DNA of 62,783 nucleotides, filler included, from Sphacelaria rigidula (GCA_964200075.2; 7 parts of 7 records of this genome joined end to end with filler, not necessarily neighbours in it), one strand, 5' to 3'; positions 13,245 through 26,852 are shown, counted from the first letter of the whole stretch. Numbers and translations: made by a program. The notes: a model not told the origin generated them from the sequence alone.

Positions 13245-13430
13245 ACTCCTCCGTGAACTATCGCGATAAAAATAAGGCAAGCACCGCACAAGGAAGATGG
13301 GGCACTGAAAAAAGCGGGAAAATACTCTGTGTTGGCCTTCCTCCTGTTTGACCCCGACTGATATGCCCGCATACACCGAAAGATGTAGAATGGCGTCCAG
13401 AATAAATGGGATTACGACACAACCCACACC
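13245..13430 (+). mobile_element. SINE family A, 3' half
   Basis: reverse-complement homolog of 36470-36640; ends CCAGAATAAATGGGA plus degenerate CA tail. Confidence 0.8.
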
Positions 13431-15979
13431 GTGCTGGGAAGTTCACGACATAATATTCAAGCTTTCAAACATTTCAAGGGTCTTTCTTCTTTGGACGACT
13501 TCACAGCAGGAAAGACTTGGATACTAGGAGAAACCACGGACCACGGCTGTTGAAGTACAGCACTACGTGTGTGGATTGTTGTCAATTGGCACTGCACAAT
13601 GTGCGTAACGCTACGACCGAAGGAATATACGACGACATGGGTATATGACGACTGGGCCCATGTACGACTCGCCAGTCACCACCCATGGGTGGGGGTTGGA
13701 TGTCTCCAGAATCCAAGCAGATCGCATGATGAACGAGATACATCTGCCCCGTGTTCTCGCGGCCATGGAAACACGGACGTAGCTCAAGCATATTTGTGGA
13801 CGATTTACATAGGAGTAAAATACCCATGAAGCCCGTTGTCAACTAAGCCACGGCCCCCACCATATTTAGCCCAATACATACCGCTGACACGGTCTTACCA
13901 AGCTCTGGTGACCTCGAAAGCGTCAACTCAAACGCCCATCGCACTACTCCCAACGAGGAACTGGTGAACAGAAAGCTATGAGTATCGAACGGTGGCACTC
14001 ACATGGCGACAAGCCCCTCAGGCGCCTGCTTTGCCTGGAGCCCTGGGCGGAACCTGCACGCCTGGCAACCCCTCGCCTCTTCGCGCCCCCGCCCCCCGCC
14101 CCCCCGACTCGCCTACCGCCCGTCCTCTCGCCCACTGCCTGTCCCTCGCCCCCTCCCACCGCATTGCCTCGGGTCTGCACCTCTACGGTGTCTGAGTGGT
14201 TCCCGACGCTCGCCTGACAAAAACCAACGGGGCATAGACCCAACAGATGGGCGAGAGGTTTGCAAGGCATACTGAACTCAACAGCAGGTTCCGAGCACAA
14301 CACCGTTCGATTGCATAGTACTACAAGTGAGAGAGGACTCTGCGGTAGAGTATACTCCTTCAGTGTGCTACCTTGTTGTGGTCATGAGAGTGTCTCGTAC
14401 AGGGATCAAGAGCCAGCACGAACAGAACACGGGCCAACACGTGCGTGACCAGGTGCTCTGCAGGGATGAAGCCAAGGCTTCCGGCAGCTCACGCGGCGCG
14501 CTTCGATTGAAAATACGCCCACGCCGACTTCACAAGCTTGGACGCGCTGACCCGGGCATGAGAAAACAAAACACGTGCTGTTTCTCTCACACGATTGGAC
14601 ACTGCGCGAATCCCCAGCGCAGTGTTGCCTGCCACAGTAGTTGTTGAGCAAGACGACGCCGTGGGCTGCGCCTGTGCCAGCTGGGCCGGCCTGAAAATGG
14701 ATGGAGGCTTTCATAGCGATATCTCGTCGACGCAAGACAAGTTTGGCCGTGATGCGCACATCTTATCAGTGGTCTCATCAACGAACAGGTGATCATGTGT
14801 TGAAAAGCCTGGTCGAATGTTTTCTCCTCGATTAAACATACTAACGAGTTAATCATAAGACGTACGGAGATATATCCAAACTCAAGTCTAAACAAAGTCC
14901 CGACCGGTGGATACAGCGGATGGTGACTTTTGGTGTGAGCATTCCCTGGAGTATGAGGAAACGGTCGAGTCCCTCACCTTCACTTTATTCGTTACAGAGA
15001 GTGTTCATCTAGAAGTATGGCACACACATAACTCCATGCTGGAATAAACCCGCTATATTACGAGAAAACACTGAAATTAGTAGACCTGGATTCTGCATCA
15101 AAGTTTTGAGATTTGTGCTGTGAAATTTGGTACGCAGTTATCACAAGGACAAGATAGAAACAAAACGCTCGGAACCTCGAGATTTTTTTCTATCATATCA
15201 AAACAAGACGCCCGGAACCTATCTTTTTTTTGCATGAGAAATGGATACCGGTATTGTTTTCTGTCCTCACCTCGTAGCAGACTTAGTATCCAGTTTCTCA
15301 GCCCATTTGATATAGTTGTGCTACGAAAAAAAAGTATGGAGAATAGCAAGGCCGTAGCGAATCAAAACGCTCGAGACTTAGGGTTCTTGTTTTCCCCACG
15401 TTGCGGACGTTCTTGTGAAAAATGGTACCCGTTTCACCAGAGCGTCCGGAACCTGCGAAAGCGAAAACTCAGTATTCTGCATACAATTACTGTACCCTCA
15501 CGATTCTACACACGAAACTTTGAAGGACAACTCCCGTAACTCAGCTGCTATATGGACTACAACATACAGCTCCGTGTGTAGCTGGCCCCGCCAGTAAATC
15601 TGAACTTTTCACCTCAGTTTTGAGAGTTGCACTTCAAAATATGGCATCAACAACCGCTGCGGCATGATGGGGAGAAGAAAACAAAACATAATGCTCGTTC
15701 CGAGACAGCACAAATTGCAACCGTACACAGCCCCAGCGTATGTGGTGTTACCAGCGCGACATGTATCACATCAACCAAATAGCTACTTTTCAGGCCATTG
15801 GGGAGATACGGAAGTGCCCGAAACCAAACGCCCAGGCATTGTGCTGCATCGTTCCTCGCATCGCGTGATATTCCCGCCGAACCTCCAGATACCCTCGGCG
15901 ACACGCGCACACACAAAAACATGACACGCGGGCAGGCGACGCCCAACGCCCGACGGTTGAAGGATTCGAGAGACCACGA

Positions 15980-16969
15980 TTACGTGCACAACGCGAAACA
16001 CGACGCGGTAGTAATCAAATCCTCACAAACAACGTTTGGGACCAAGCTGATACGCACCCGTGTCGCCGGTATTGGTGCCTGTTGCATCTCCACTGCTCCA
16101 GTCTGCTCCACCGCTACGGCCGTCCCTGCCGCTGACGTCGCCGACGCCGCCACAGCCGTCTCTGTCCGCGACGCCGACTCCAGGCCGGCCATGCTTGCCG
16201 TCGAAGCCCCATCCGTGGCCACCTTCGATTGATCCAACCCCTTGCATGTAGCCTTTGGACAAGCTCTCGCAGTTGCCGCAGTCGGCCTCTTGCGAAGCAC
16301 CCGCTTGATCTGCTCCCTCCTCACGGCACCGTTGTCCCCCCGCGCTTGCTTTGGGCTCGGTGCGTTCTCCCCTTCTTCCCGAGCTCTTCTTTTCTCGGGG
16401 GCCTTCCCCAAACCTCGTGCTCCCTCCCTCGATGATGACGATAATGATGACGATGATGCCGATGACGATGATGCCGATGACGATGATAATGCCGTACCTT
16501 GTCCCGCTGCCCGCCTCCGTAGCACGGTTGTCTTGTCCGGCTTCATCCGCACGGGGCCGTTTTCGTCCCGAGCGTGCTTGAAGCTCGGGGTATTTTCGCC
16601 TTCTGCCGTCTCGGCACGCCTCTTCCCCAGCCGATTGCGAGACCCCCGGTCCCCTCTGGCGGTATGGCCGTTGCTGCTACCGTGGCCCGGGGAGAGCTGC
16701 TCCACAGGAACTTCGGCAGCTGTCCTTGCCTCGGTCGCATCGACACCGTCTGAACCTAACGGCTCGTGAGCGACATCGTCGGGGTGGGCGGCGTCGAGAC
16801 CGTTTGACACCCCAAAAATGCCACCAAAAATGCCACCAGCGGCTACCGCGGCGGGGGCGGCTGCTCCATCGCTACCCAGGCGCTCGGGCGTGACCTTCGG
16901 TGCGTCGCTGTAGGTGCTGGCGCACCAGTTCTGAAATCGTAATGGCGAGGTCGGTAGACAAGTTGACAA
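15980..16969 (-). CDS. 329-aa low-complexity ORF (large exon or TE-associated ORF), unknown function
   Basis: 990-nt open frame, Ala/Gly/Ser-rich, poly-Ser tract, two internal diverged basic repeats; boundaries and expression unverified. Confidence 0.4.
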   Translation of the reverse strand: MSTCLPTSPLRFQNWCASTYSDAPKVTPERLGSDGAAAPAAVAAGGIFGGIFGVSNGLDAAHPDDVAHEPLGSDGVDATEARTAAEVPVEQLSPGHGSSNGHTARGDRGSRNRLGKRRAETAEGENTPSFKHARDENGPVRMKPDKTTVLRRRAAGQGTALSSSSASSSSASSSSLSSSSREGARGLGKAPEKRRAREEGENAPSPKQARGDNGAVRREQIKRVLRKRPTAATARACPKATCKGLDQSKVATDGASTASMAGLESASRTETAVAASATSAAGTAVAVEQTGAVEMQQAPIPATRVRISLVPNVVCEDLITTASCFALCT

Positions 16970-17868
16970 AATAGGGAACCTTTGAGTAGTCGCCAGGAAT
17001 GCGTATTAAGCGCCAGCGTCGGCTTCATATGACGGATCCGTACATATCAGAATATCTCTCCGATGCATCGCGTCTGGTGTACGGGGAAGTCTCGAGTATC
17101 GATGAAAATGGTACACGGTGTTGATATCAGTGACATATTTCTCTCTCTGCCTTCCTCTCTCTCATCAAAATATATCATGCACCCGCGATTTGACAGGTTT
17201 GCAGTTGTAGGCCACGGAGGCACGGTGGTGTTGAGTTATGCTCCACAAGCTACGTTGTAGCGGGCAAAGGTCGAAACAAAATGCCAAGTGTATGTCAACC
17301 ATACTCGACCGAAGTGCCCACATGCAAAAAAATGGCCTGAGGCCAGCCACGAAGAAGGACCACCGAACGCGACATCATTACCCAACAACTCGCACCAGTT
17401 GGTCCATCGACTGACACTGGCCCGATACATCGACACCGGATATACCAACACGTGCTGACGTTCATCACAACTTTTCAGCTATAGTGGTCAACATCAGCAG
17501 TTTTCAGAATTCGTAGTTATTGTACAGCTGTAGTTCTTGAGTTTTTCTCCACTATTACCCTTCATTACTACTTGAAAGTGCTAGCGCCGGTAGATTTAGG
17601 GGAAAGCGTAGGCCGCGCTCAAACTGCAGTGCCCAAGTTGGTGTTTTTGGGGCGATACGGACTATATACCCCGTTTATCAGAAGGGTGATATTGACCGTT
17701 TTCGGTCCAAAAACAACAGTTTCCCGACTCTTCACGAAACGGTAAATATTCAGATGAAGGTACACGTATACAGTTCTTCACAACAACGATCGAGATCGCG
17801 TTTCCCTCCTATACAGTACCGGCCCGCTAGTAAGAAACGTGTCAGTAAGAAAATCAGCCTCAAATTTT

Positions 17869-17968
17869 NNNNNNNNNNNNNNNNNNNNNNNNNNNNNNNN
17901 NNNNNNNNNNNNTTAATTAATTAANNNNNNNNNNNNNNNNNNNNNNNNNNNNNNNNNNNNNNNNNNNN
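17869..17968. other. artificial contig linker
   Basis: N44-TTAATTAATTAA-N44. Confidence 0.97.
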
Positions 17969-17990
17969 TGGCGCCCAGAATAAATGGGAC

Positions 17991-18022
<32 letters not shown>
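17969..18022 (+). mobile_element. SINE family A, 3' end with (CA)n tail (cut by contig start)
   Basis: TGGCGCCCAGAATAAATGGGACAACACACA... matches the 3' end of the other copies. Confidence 0.8.
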
Positions 18023-18023
<1 letters not shown>

Positions 18024-19353
18024 CACTGGCCCGTTGCGATTATAATCGATCGACAATAGTTGCGATCGACCTGTAATTTATCCAGTACATTTTTTTCTTG
18101 TCTATTGCATCTCTCTGCCATACATTGCCCAGGGTGTGGACGCGATATTGAGCAGAAACAGAAATATATATATATATATGTGTGTGTGTTCCGTATGGGA
18201 CGAACTCGGAGTTGTACACATGAGGTTGGCGTGATCTACGGGTTTGAATCTATTTACAGTACAGTGTTTTTTAGAGCTCGGGAATGGTTTGTCCAACCGT
18301 TAACGACTTAACCCTTAGACAGCGACCCCCCCTCCAGGTGGACTGATTTGGACTATGCCCCAGTTGGGGTTCAGAACTGCTCTTTTCTCCGTACACGAGA
18401 CGCCTGCTCATGAACATGTAGATAGTTGTCATCTATATAGAACACAGTCCCGGAGAACCCGTGACCAGTTTGACCCTGCAGTCAACTGCGTGCAGAGTTG
18501 GTATGTATATGTACTGCATGTCTTCACTGGAAACAACGGCAAGAGACAGTAAAAGTGTGCCATCGCTCTCTACTGAACACAGCTTCCTGCATGCTGCTGG
18601 TGCCCCTGCCTAGTGCTTGACAACACCACAGACAGTGTGAAGCTATGTTGGCGGCACATGAGGGGTCAGGCAGGCGGTGTTGACCACGAGCAGAACACAA
18701 AACAATTTGTTTGTACCGAAGTAATTTACGGTTGATTCCCCATAACCAAAATGAGTCGTGGGAGTAGACAGCGAATTAGTCCGATTTAGTCCACCCGAAC
18801 CGGAACAAAAGTGCTCATTTCGACGACCGTGATCGGTCAGAATGGGAATCCCGCGCCTGTCGGGCGTCGCGCACGGCTCATGATTTTCCGCGGGAAGCTT
18901 CTAAACAAACATGATTGATTCCGTGAGCTTCTTCGATGCCCTGCGTACAGCCCCTCCCCCCCCCCCCCCCCCCCCCCCCGGCAGCCGCGCCGACGGAGGA
19001 CCACCAACGCTGTGAAACTGTTCTGAGCCGACGCTCGCTGTCAATGGGTTACACGGTACATGATGGTTTGGTCATCGAGCGGCGCAGCCAGAAAGCCCCC
19101 CCGGCAGAGGGCGCCCCGCCGGAGGCGCCCCCGGAGGGCCCCGCTGGAGGCGCCGTACCGGAGGCACGTTTTTACGTGATTTGGCTTCACTAGAGCTAAA
19201 GAATACGTGTGCTGCATGTAGCATACGTAGCCGGTAACGGTAAATGATGGTTTGAAACCATTACCCAAAATTTTCAAACTTCGTATAACCGTGACCATTA
19301 TTACCATTATAATGAAAATGGTCAGTTATAATTCGTGCCAATTCCGAGATCTA

Positions 19354-19922
19354 CGAGCTAGGCCAGCTGACGGTGATTTTCGAACGAAGAGTGGAGATAC
19401 CATCGGTAATTCGAAGAGTCAAGCGCTGAAATTTTGATACGGAACTTTGTATAATCGACCCGCGCAACCCCCCCCAGGGAATTAGAGCGAGTTGAAGTTT
19501 CAGGAAAAACATGAAAGATGCTACAACTTTCCTAAAATTGATCAAAACGACGACAGCACTTCAATACATACGAGCACTCGCGTCAGCGATACTCTTGGTG
19601 TTGTTTCGGCCAAAAATCCCTCGAATTGGGCGCGGCATCACACTTTTCGTGTGACACGGCCGCGCCCCTTTAATTCAAGTGATACAGGAGACTCCAATCA
19701 TGGAGGCTATGAGTTCGAACCCCGACGTATTCTCCCTGTCTTCCCCCTGTCGTTAAGGTCATATATTATGCAGTACATTTTTTTTCTTCGATCAGCGGCG
19801 GTGCCGTGTGTTACTAGGTTGGTCTGCACTTCACAGCGACATGTTCAAGTCGCGCTGATTTGGAAAACTTGAACCGTTGGGGTGTGGGAAGCGAATGCTG
19901 GATTTACTGCTGGCCCAGCTCG
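19354..19922. mobile_element. non-autonomous Tc1/mariner-type element, TIR CGAGCT(G/A)GGCCAGC, 569 bp
   Basis: TA|CGAGCTAGGCCAGC ... GCTGGCCCAGCTCG|TA; same TIR as 28492-29703. Confidence 0.7.
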
Positions 19923-21544
19923 TAGTGTTTTTTCTTTTCCCTATTATGGAGGCGGTGCTTTTGAAGGCTAGGCGTCAAAATAATGCGCACCTTGCTTGTG
20001 CTGACGCCGGAACTTGGAGGATGTACAGATTCCTATACAGCAAGGTGCCACAGTCTCAGCCGTAGCCGCGCAAGGCGCGTAGGGCCCGCTCTTCATTGAA
20101 CTGGTGAATACCAGCATTGGCAGTGTTCCCAGTCCCAGCCACTTGACAGGTCAAGGTTAAGCTCCGTCTCGTGACCACTGCGTTCTGCCACGGACCCTTG
20201 CCGGGTTACCTGGCCAGGGGGAAATTCCCCTTTCCAGCCAATACCATTGCTAACGGATACAGCGTACTGGCAGTCTTGGCAGCCAACAAGATGCTTGTAG
20301 TGATGTTCTTCTAACGGTATCAACACACAGTGCTGTGGGGGGGGGGAGTTCGCACGTGAGTATGTTGGCGATTGCCCTACTTACACTTCGCCCACATGTT
20401 GAAGATTATTTCACGGTCTCACTGGGTGACGTTATGTATATATGTGGAAATGAACCACGCCCTGGACAAAAGATTGCTACAGCCAGTACACAACGTCACA
20501 GAGTGTACTGCGCACAGTATGGAATTTCTTTCCTACGGCAATCTGTGCAACACCCGTCCGTGTAGTCGGCACTGCACGCAGTACACTTCAAGACATTGTA
20601 GAAATCTCCACGGTGTGAAATGTTACAGGCGGCTTTCGCGCCATAGCGGCTGTGTTACCGTACAGCTTCGCCCAAGATACAGGCAGCCATTATTGCGGCA
20701 GAGGCTGCTTTTCACTCCTGCGTGCGCCATCAAAGGCAAACGCACGATTAGCTGCAACACGAGCAGCGTTGCAAAATGTGGCGTAGTGAGGGGTGGTATA
20801 CCACGTACACATGGGCCGCAGCCCAAGCGTCTGCGTTCATGTTACGGCGAACTGCATAAGACGGCGAGGAATCAATACAGCACAGGGATAGGCTGAGGAT
20901 GTGACGTGCTTCGGTGTGCTATGTCACCCTGCGCCCTGCCGCTGTGCAGTGAGCAGGTAGTACCACCCAAGGCGTCCCTGCTACGATTGGTACGCAGTGT
21001 CAAGCACATACAGTAACCAGTTAGTAAGTAAATAAAATCGTAATGGCGCACGAGAGCGAAGCATGTTGCCAAGGCCTCATTTTCGACATCCGCTCGGCAT
21101 TTACTGCAAACGAGATGGGACGACGAATTCTCGGCAAGGTGATGTGCGGACGAACTGAATGTATGCAGGTGTCGGAATATCTGCACCTCATATTTAGTTC
21201 TTATAGTACTACTGCACAACTCTTGATACCGCTCATGATCACTGTCTCCTACAGCACACGCTCCGACATGACTTTTTATGACAGGGAGCGAAATATACCG
21301 ACCTTCCCTCTAAACAGGAGGCAAAGAAAGCTCGGCAAGGAAATATACCGACGACCAGCGTGTATTTAGGTGCCGGAACGTATGTTTCGATTGGACAAGC
21401 CCAATTGTGGGGGGGTGCCTATTGGTGGAATGGACGTCCGCCCCCACCTCCCCAGCATGCAGCCTCCATGCAGCCCCCCCCGGAATACCAATTGCCGGGG
21501 GCAGGGACAGTGCGCGTACGCGTGGGCGTCTCCCCGTAAAGGCT

Positions 21545-21637
21545 GCCTGGTCCGGCGAGAACCCGGCGTGCTCCGTCCCGGCTTTGTAGGGATGCGAGGT
21601 CAATGGTCTTATGACTATGGCATGCATGATCATGAGT
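21545..21637 (+). repeat. interspersed repeat family B
   Basis: GCCTGGTCCGGCGAGAACCCGGCGTGCTCCGTCCCGGCTTTGTAGGGATGCGAGGTCAATGGTC recurs at 53914 (+), about 54620-54700 (-) and 55415-55461 (-). Confidence 0.85.
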
Positions 21638-22959
21638 ACCCCCCCAGCATGCACTACACGGATTACAGACTTCGTGTATTTTTTCAAAGCACGTGTGGCG
21701 CCCACGTCCAGCTTACGCAGACTCCCGACCACGCAGTGGATATGCATTACAGCGACAAATGTTGTGATAAGGTCGCCAAGTATCGTATGCCCGAGGAGAG
21801 TCTCCCCGAGAATGAGGTGCAACATTGCGGTGAGGATGAAGCAGGATCAACATTGGGGTGAGGATGAAGGTTGAAGCAGGTTCAACTTCACCGCGATGTT
21901 GAACCCCACTTCCGAGGAGAATCTCTTTTCTCCAAAGCGGTGTCGACTTCTCACATTCAACCCAACCACCTTACCCGAGAAGAGAACGTCAATATCGGCC
22001 ATTGGCGCTGCATTGCATTCCACGTTGGTGAGGGCTCTTCACAGCCATCACGCAGCCAGTGATGTTGTTTTGACGAAGTCGCCAAGCATGATGTACCTCT
22101 TTGAATAAAAATGAGGAACGACTACAAAGAGCTATCACACCAGCGCTGAGTCTGGGTGTGTCATCTTCTTGCATTGAACTGAACAAGGTATATCGTGGGT
22201 TTTGTACGAAAAATGCACGTCCCCATTCATCTCCGGCATATTGGGACTACCGACTCCGCTGTGGATATGCATTGTTATAGCTGTTCGTGGTAGGGTTAGT
22301 GTTGTGATTGGCATACACGTACTACCCCTATTGTCACAGCTTCTAGCGTTGAACATTCACCCCGCCATACATTATCATAACCCATACTCCTGCTGGCAAG
22401 TTGAATCAACACCTGCAAACAGTTCTGCGGAAAACCCCACACAAATATTAGCATTGACATCCAACCCGCTGGCTACCCACTCCCATTCTCGCTTACCTCC
22501 ACCTACCTGCATACAGGATATACTTCTGCACGCAAAACGAAATAGGGAAGCCAGATTCTTATTGTCGTCCTATAATAGTGTCGTTCCCTCATGCTAAAAG
22601 ATCTGTTTTCGGATTTAATTGGTACTCCAAAAAATCCTACTTGCGTTTCTCAGACGTACGTCAAAACCCCGCCCACTCCCAGCGATATCATACCTCGTAC
22701 CATGCACCTTCAGAGGTCACGGACCTAATGCACTGATCTCTCCAAGGAGGGGCCCAAAGGTAGTAAGGTAGACATTGTGATTACATGCCGTATCGCCCTC
22801 CTAGCTTCTCGCTCGCTCTTCCCCACCGAAATCTCCCCTCGCCGACGCCAATTCATCCTCGCCTCATGCGCGCTACACTGCTAGGTCGTCCTTCCCGCGC
22901 CGGGTTGCAATGAGTCGTCGATCCTACAGGCTCTGTACAGCGATACTTATACCGCTACA

Positions 22960-23850
22960 GCATCCACCCTCTAAATCCCGATAAATCTCCGGCAATCACA
23001 CATCAAACCCGTTCACGACGACGATAAAACTTGCCGAATCCTGCGTATAATCTCACCGCATGTTACCTCTTCAGCATGCACCCTCCATGCGCTCATAACT
23101 CGCCGGCAATACAACATGAACATTTCCCCCGAAAAAGCCAATCGCACTGATGTCCACACACGCCACAAAACACACACCTTTCACTTCCAAAAAACTACAG
23201 TACGGTACGTTAACATAACCCACGATGACAGCATGCACCCTAAAAATTCCCCTCATTTCTCGGCTATCTCACATCAAACGCACCCATCGAGAAACCACGA
23301 TTAGACTTCTCGAATTCCGCTAACAATCTTCACGCACGTAACCTCTGGAGCAGGCACCCTCCAAGCGCCCATACTTCGCCGCAGATACCCCATCAACAAA
23401 CTCAAAACGTAGTTTTCTCCACACAAGCCACCTTAATACATGCTACACTTCGACGAAATGACGATACCGTACCTGACCATACCTCTCCACAGAATTCAGC
23501 GTCGAAATCCCGATGAATCCCGGTCCTCTCACAAGATATCCAGCGGCCATCGACGACAATACAAATCCCCAATTCCCGCAAATAATCTTACCGCATCTCA
23601 CCTCTGCATCATTCGCCATCTATGCGCCCTTCGCTCGCTGCCGATATCCTATCGGAATTTCCCGAAAAAATCCCATCAAACTCGTCTCCACATAGCCTAC
23701 CTTACCGCACGTGACCATTATCTCGCTGCATCAAGGAACGACCGTTACCCTCCCCCTGTTTCGCTAAATATCTTACAACGCCTCAGCTCTGCACCATGCA
23801 TTCTCGACATGCCCATCTGTCCGGCGATATCCCATCACTGTCCATATTTC
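22960..23850. repeat. highly diverged tandem repeat, about 260-280 bp period, C/A-rich
   Basis: AATCT(C/T)(AC/CA)CGCA.GT.ACCTCT-like anchors at about 23049, 23325 and 23584 with similar flanks. Confidence 0.55.
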
Positions 23851-24624
23851 CATCATTTCCGTGCCAATCCACGACTGATCCGTCAACCACTCACTGCCCG
23901 GCGATCTCCCATCTCATGGCGTTACAACCACCATGACATTCCCTCCCTCCTGCAATCGTTCCATCACCGGTTCCAACGTCATCTACAAATAATCACCACG
24001 GTGTCCTGCTTTTTAGTACATGTCGGCCCCAGTTCTACATATATATTGGTCCCCATCAAAACTTGTTGTGTAGTTGTGGAACATGGGTTCGCCGTGAGGG
24101 AGGCGCTCAAGAACCAGGGGTATCCGTACCTGCGCGGCGGGGTGGACGACGTGGTGCCTCCATTAACGTGGATTTTGTCGGCCTGTGACCCTGACGACGC
24201 GCTCTCGGTGACACTTCGATGCCTCTCTCCTTCCTCGCCGTTTCTAATGTTGTATTGAGGCCTTTTGTACCTTACTTCTTCTCATCTTGACCGCTTTGGA
24301 ATTATGTTTTGCCTTTTGCCTTTTGCGTACTCCTTATTCTTTTCCTTATTCTTTATGGCACTTTCCCTCCTTTTTCTTTCCCCTCACACCGACTTGGTGC
24401 TTCACGTTTGACCTCTTGTTGCCTTTTTCTCACATCCTATCACTTCCGTACTACTCTTGTTTTTTCTCTCAACGTTCTTCATTTCCCACTCACGGATATA
24501 CCGCATCCGTGTGTCGTACCGGTATCGCGCGTGTTCCTTATACCGTACGACTTCCCTCGCGCTTCTGTTTTTTCGTTTTTGTCTTCCATATATTGGGTTC
24601 CCTTTTCCCAAAAAGTAATAGTCC

Positions 24625-25080
24625 CAGCCCAACCAACAACCCCAATAATTCCCGATGAAGATGGAAAAAAAAGTCATCAACATAATTTCAGCTCCCCCAA
24701 CCACAAACCAACAACCCCAAACCAACAACCCCAAACCAACAACCCTATGATCACATATACCGTTGTCTACGGTAGGCAGTGAATTATCGACCCTAACCAC
24801 TCCCAAAAAACAAGGGAATTATCTGAAATAATCCCACCCCAACGAAGGACCCCAACCACTCCCAACAAACAAACAAATTATTTCGAATGAATTACTGTAG
24901 TTTAAGCTCCTCCAACCTCAACCAACAACTCCATCATATTCTGCTGCACCGATATTATTGTTGTGTTCCCTTTTTCCAAGAAATAATGATCCAATCCAAA
25001 AAATGCTCATCCAATCCCAAAAATAATCATCCAACCGCAACCACTCCCAACCAACAACCCCAAAACAAGAACAATCAAAA
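24625..25080. repeat. low-complexity A/C-rich repeat (CCAACAACCCCAAA-like units)
   Basis: repeated accaacaaccccaa and ccactcccaa units. Confidence 0.65.
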
Positions 25081-26852
25081 AGTAATTAATTAAGTCATGT
25101 ATAATAGTATAACTTTATGAAAAGATTTGATTGAAAAATCTGAATAGCGCATGTTTTCCCCCATGTTCGAATGAACAAAATTTCTGAATTTCATTGAAAA
25201 TCGTACGAATTTCAGTACAGACACACCCGTTACCGTGGAAGGTTTCGTTTGTGCATATTTTCCCCCTGGGCATAGTAAAATGCCTCTCAGAAAATGCGTC
25301 TCCCCTCACGGGGGCTTCGTTGTAATCGTCGGCCTTATTAAAGAGTTTCGGAAAATGTTTTGTCGCCTTCGAGTCAGAGTGAAAGAACTTCAGAGGGTTG
25401 TGTTTCCAAGGTTCAGAGTGTGTTCCAGTGTTGGATAATTGATGACATGATTAATAAAATAATTAATTGGTTGGTTGGATGCTTTGTTGAATCTCACTTT
25501 TTGGACAAGGGAAATACAGCATCGAAGGGAAAAAAAACAAACGATACCTATATTTTTTTCGATACGCGGAAAATGACCCGATACGTTGCACTGACACACC
25601 AGCAACCTAACCCGGAGTGGGTGCATGCCTGATGGTATGAAGGTACAATAGCACCAGTGTGTCCTTTGTTATCTGGCACAGTAGAAGTGGCGGCACAGCA
25701 CGCGGCGTGGAGGTTCGTTCATCACTTGGAAGGGTGAGAAACCCTAACCTTAGCCCCAACGAAGGCACACCGAGAACCCTCTGCAGAGTCTTCTCTAGAC
25801 AAGGTGTGCGTTGCCAGACCTCAAATCGGCGCCCCAGGAGTCGATTTCGACAAAAGCGCGTTCTGCGCACGCTAGAAACACCTTGGGGCACAGCTCCAAT
25901 GAAGATTCGAATTTCGCTGACGATACTAAAACCAATTCGAACTGAAAATTAACCACAGTACCCTCCCAAGCGGTGACCTATACTGGCGGCGTGACGCTTC
26001 GGTTGAACATTAATGGTTCTTGATCGTGCAAGAGGCAAGTTGCAAAAGAGGTGGTTGATAACAACGCCAGGTGTCATGCGTGATACATCATGTGTTGTTC
26101 AAGCCGGTGATAATATCAAGTATATTCCGCGGCCACTATTCTGTCATGTCTCGATCGCATCTGAGCATTTACCTCAACTCTGCGCACTGCGCATCGCAAA
26201 CGCACTCCTCATTTTTCAATGACAAACGCGCCAAACCTCGGAACTGCGCAGTAATGATGATGCAAATGCGCGCTCGCTTTTTCTGTTGTCCGTACCAAAC
26301 AAGGGGAAAAGTCGGCAGCATACGTCCGATTTTTTCATTGTTGGCTACGCAACGGAGGGAAAACTCCAGACACTCAAATGCCAGAGCAATAGGATTCAAA
26401 AGCTTGTCGAACAAACATGGATATGCTGAGAGAAGGAAATTACCCGGTCTACCCTCGAACGCAAAACACTCCTGCCGACTTGACACATTCACAAGGCATC
26501 CGCGGTACTCACTCTTTCGCTGCCTTTCTGATGTCTTCACACGAGATACTGCTAAACCACCAACTGTAATGTCCAGACACTGTGGGAACGCCGGACACAT
26601 AAACAAGTTGGCTCCGCTTCGGTGATCGCTCATGAGCGCTTCGTTTTTGGGCCCTCAGGTTCGAATCGTCCATTTGCCACTCGACTCCGTGGCACCCATG
26701 AAGAAACGCCAAGTTATTGATCGCTTCGGTGCCTAACTTGTTCCGTTTCTACTTGTGTGGGGTATAGAGTGTGGTGGTTGGCGGGGTAGGGGGTGATGGG
26801 CGGTGGGCGGAGGCATGCGAAAAAGGGGGGGCGACATGTTGTCTAACAACAC

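Noticed and set aside
21545..21637. HDV-like or hammerhead ribozyme in repeat B
   Set aside because: Could not place the required pairings or conserved core nucleotides by eye.
23440..24258. 272-aa ORF as a real gene
   Set aside because: His/Pro/Ile/Ser-rich sequence is explained by G-poor strand bias of the diverged repeat; no motif or splice support.
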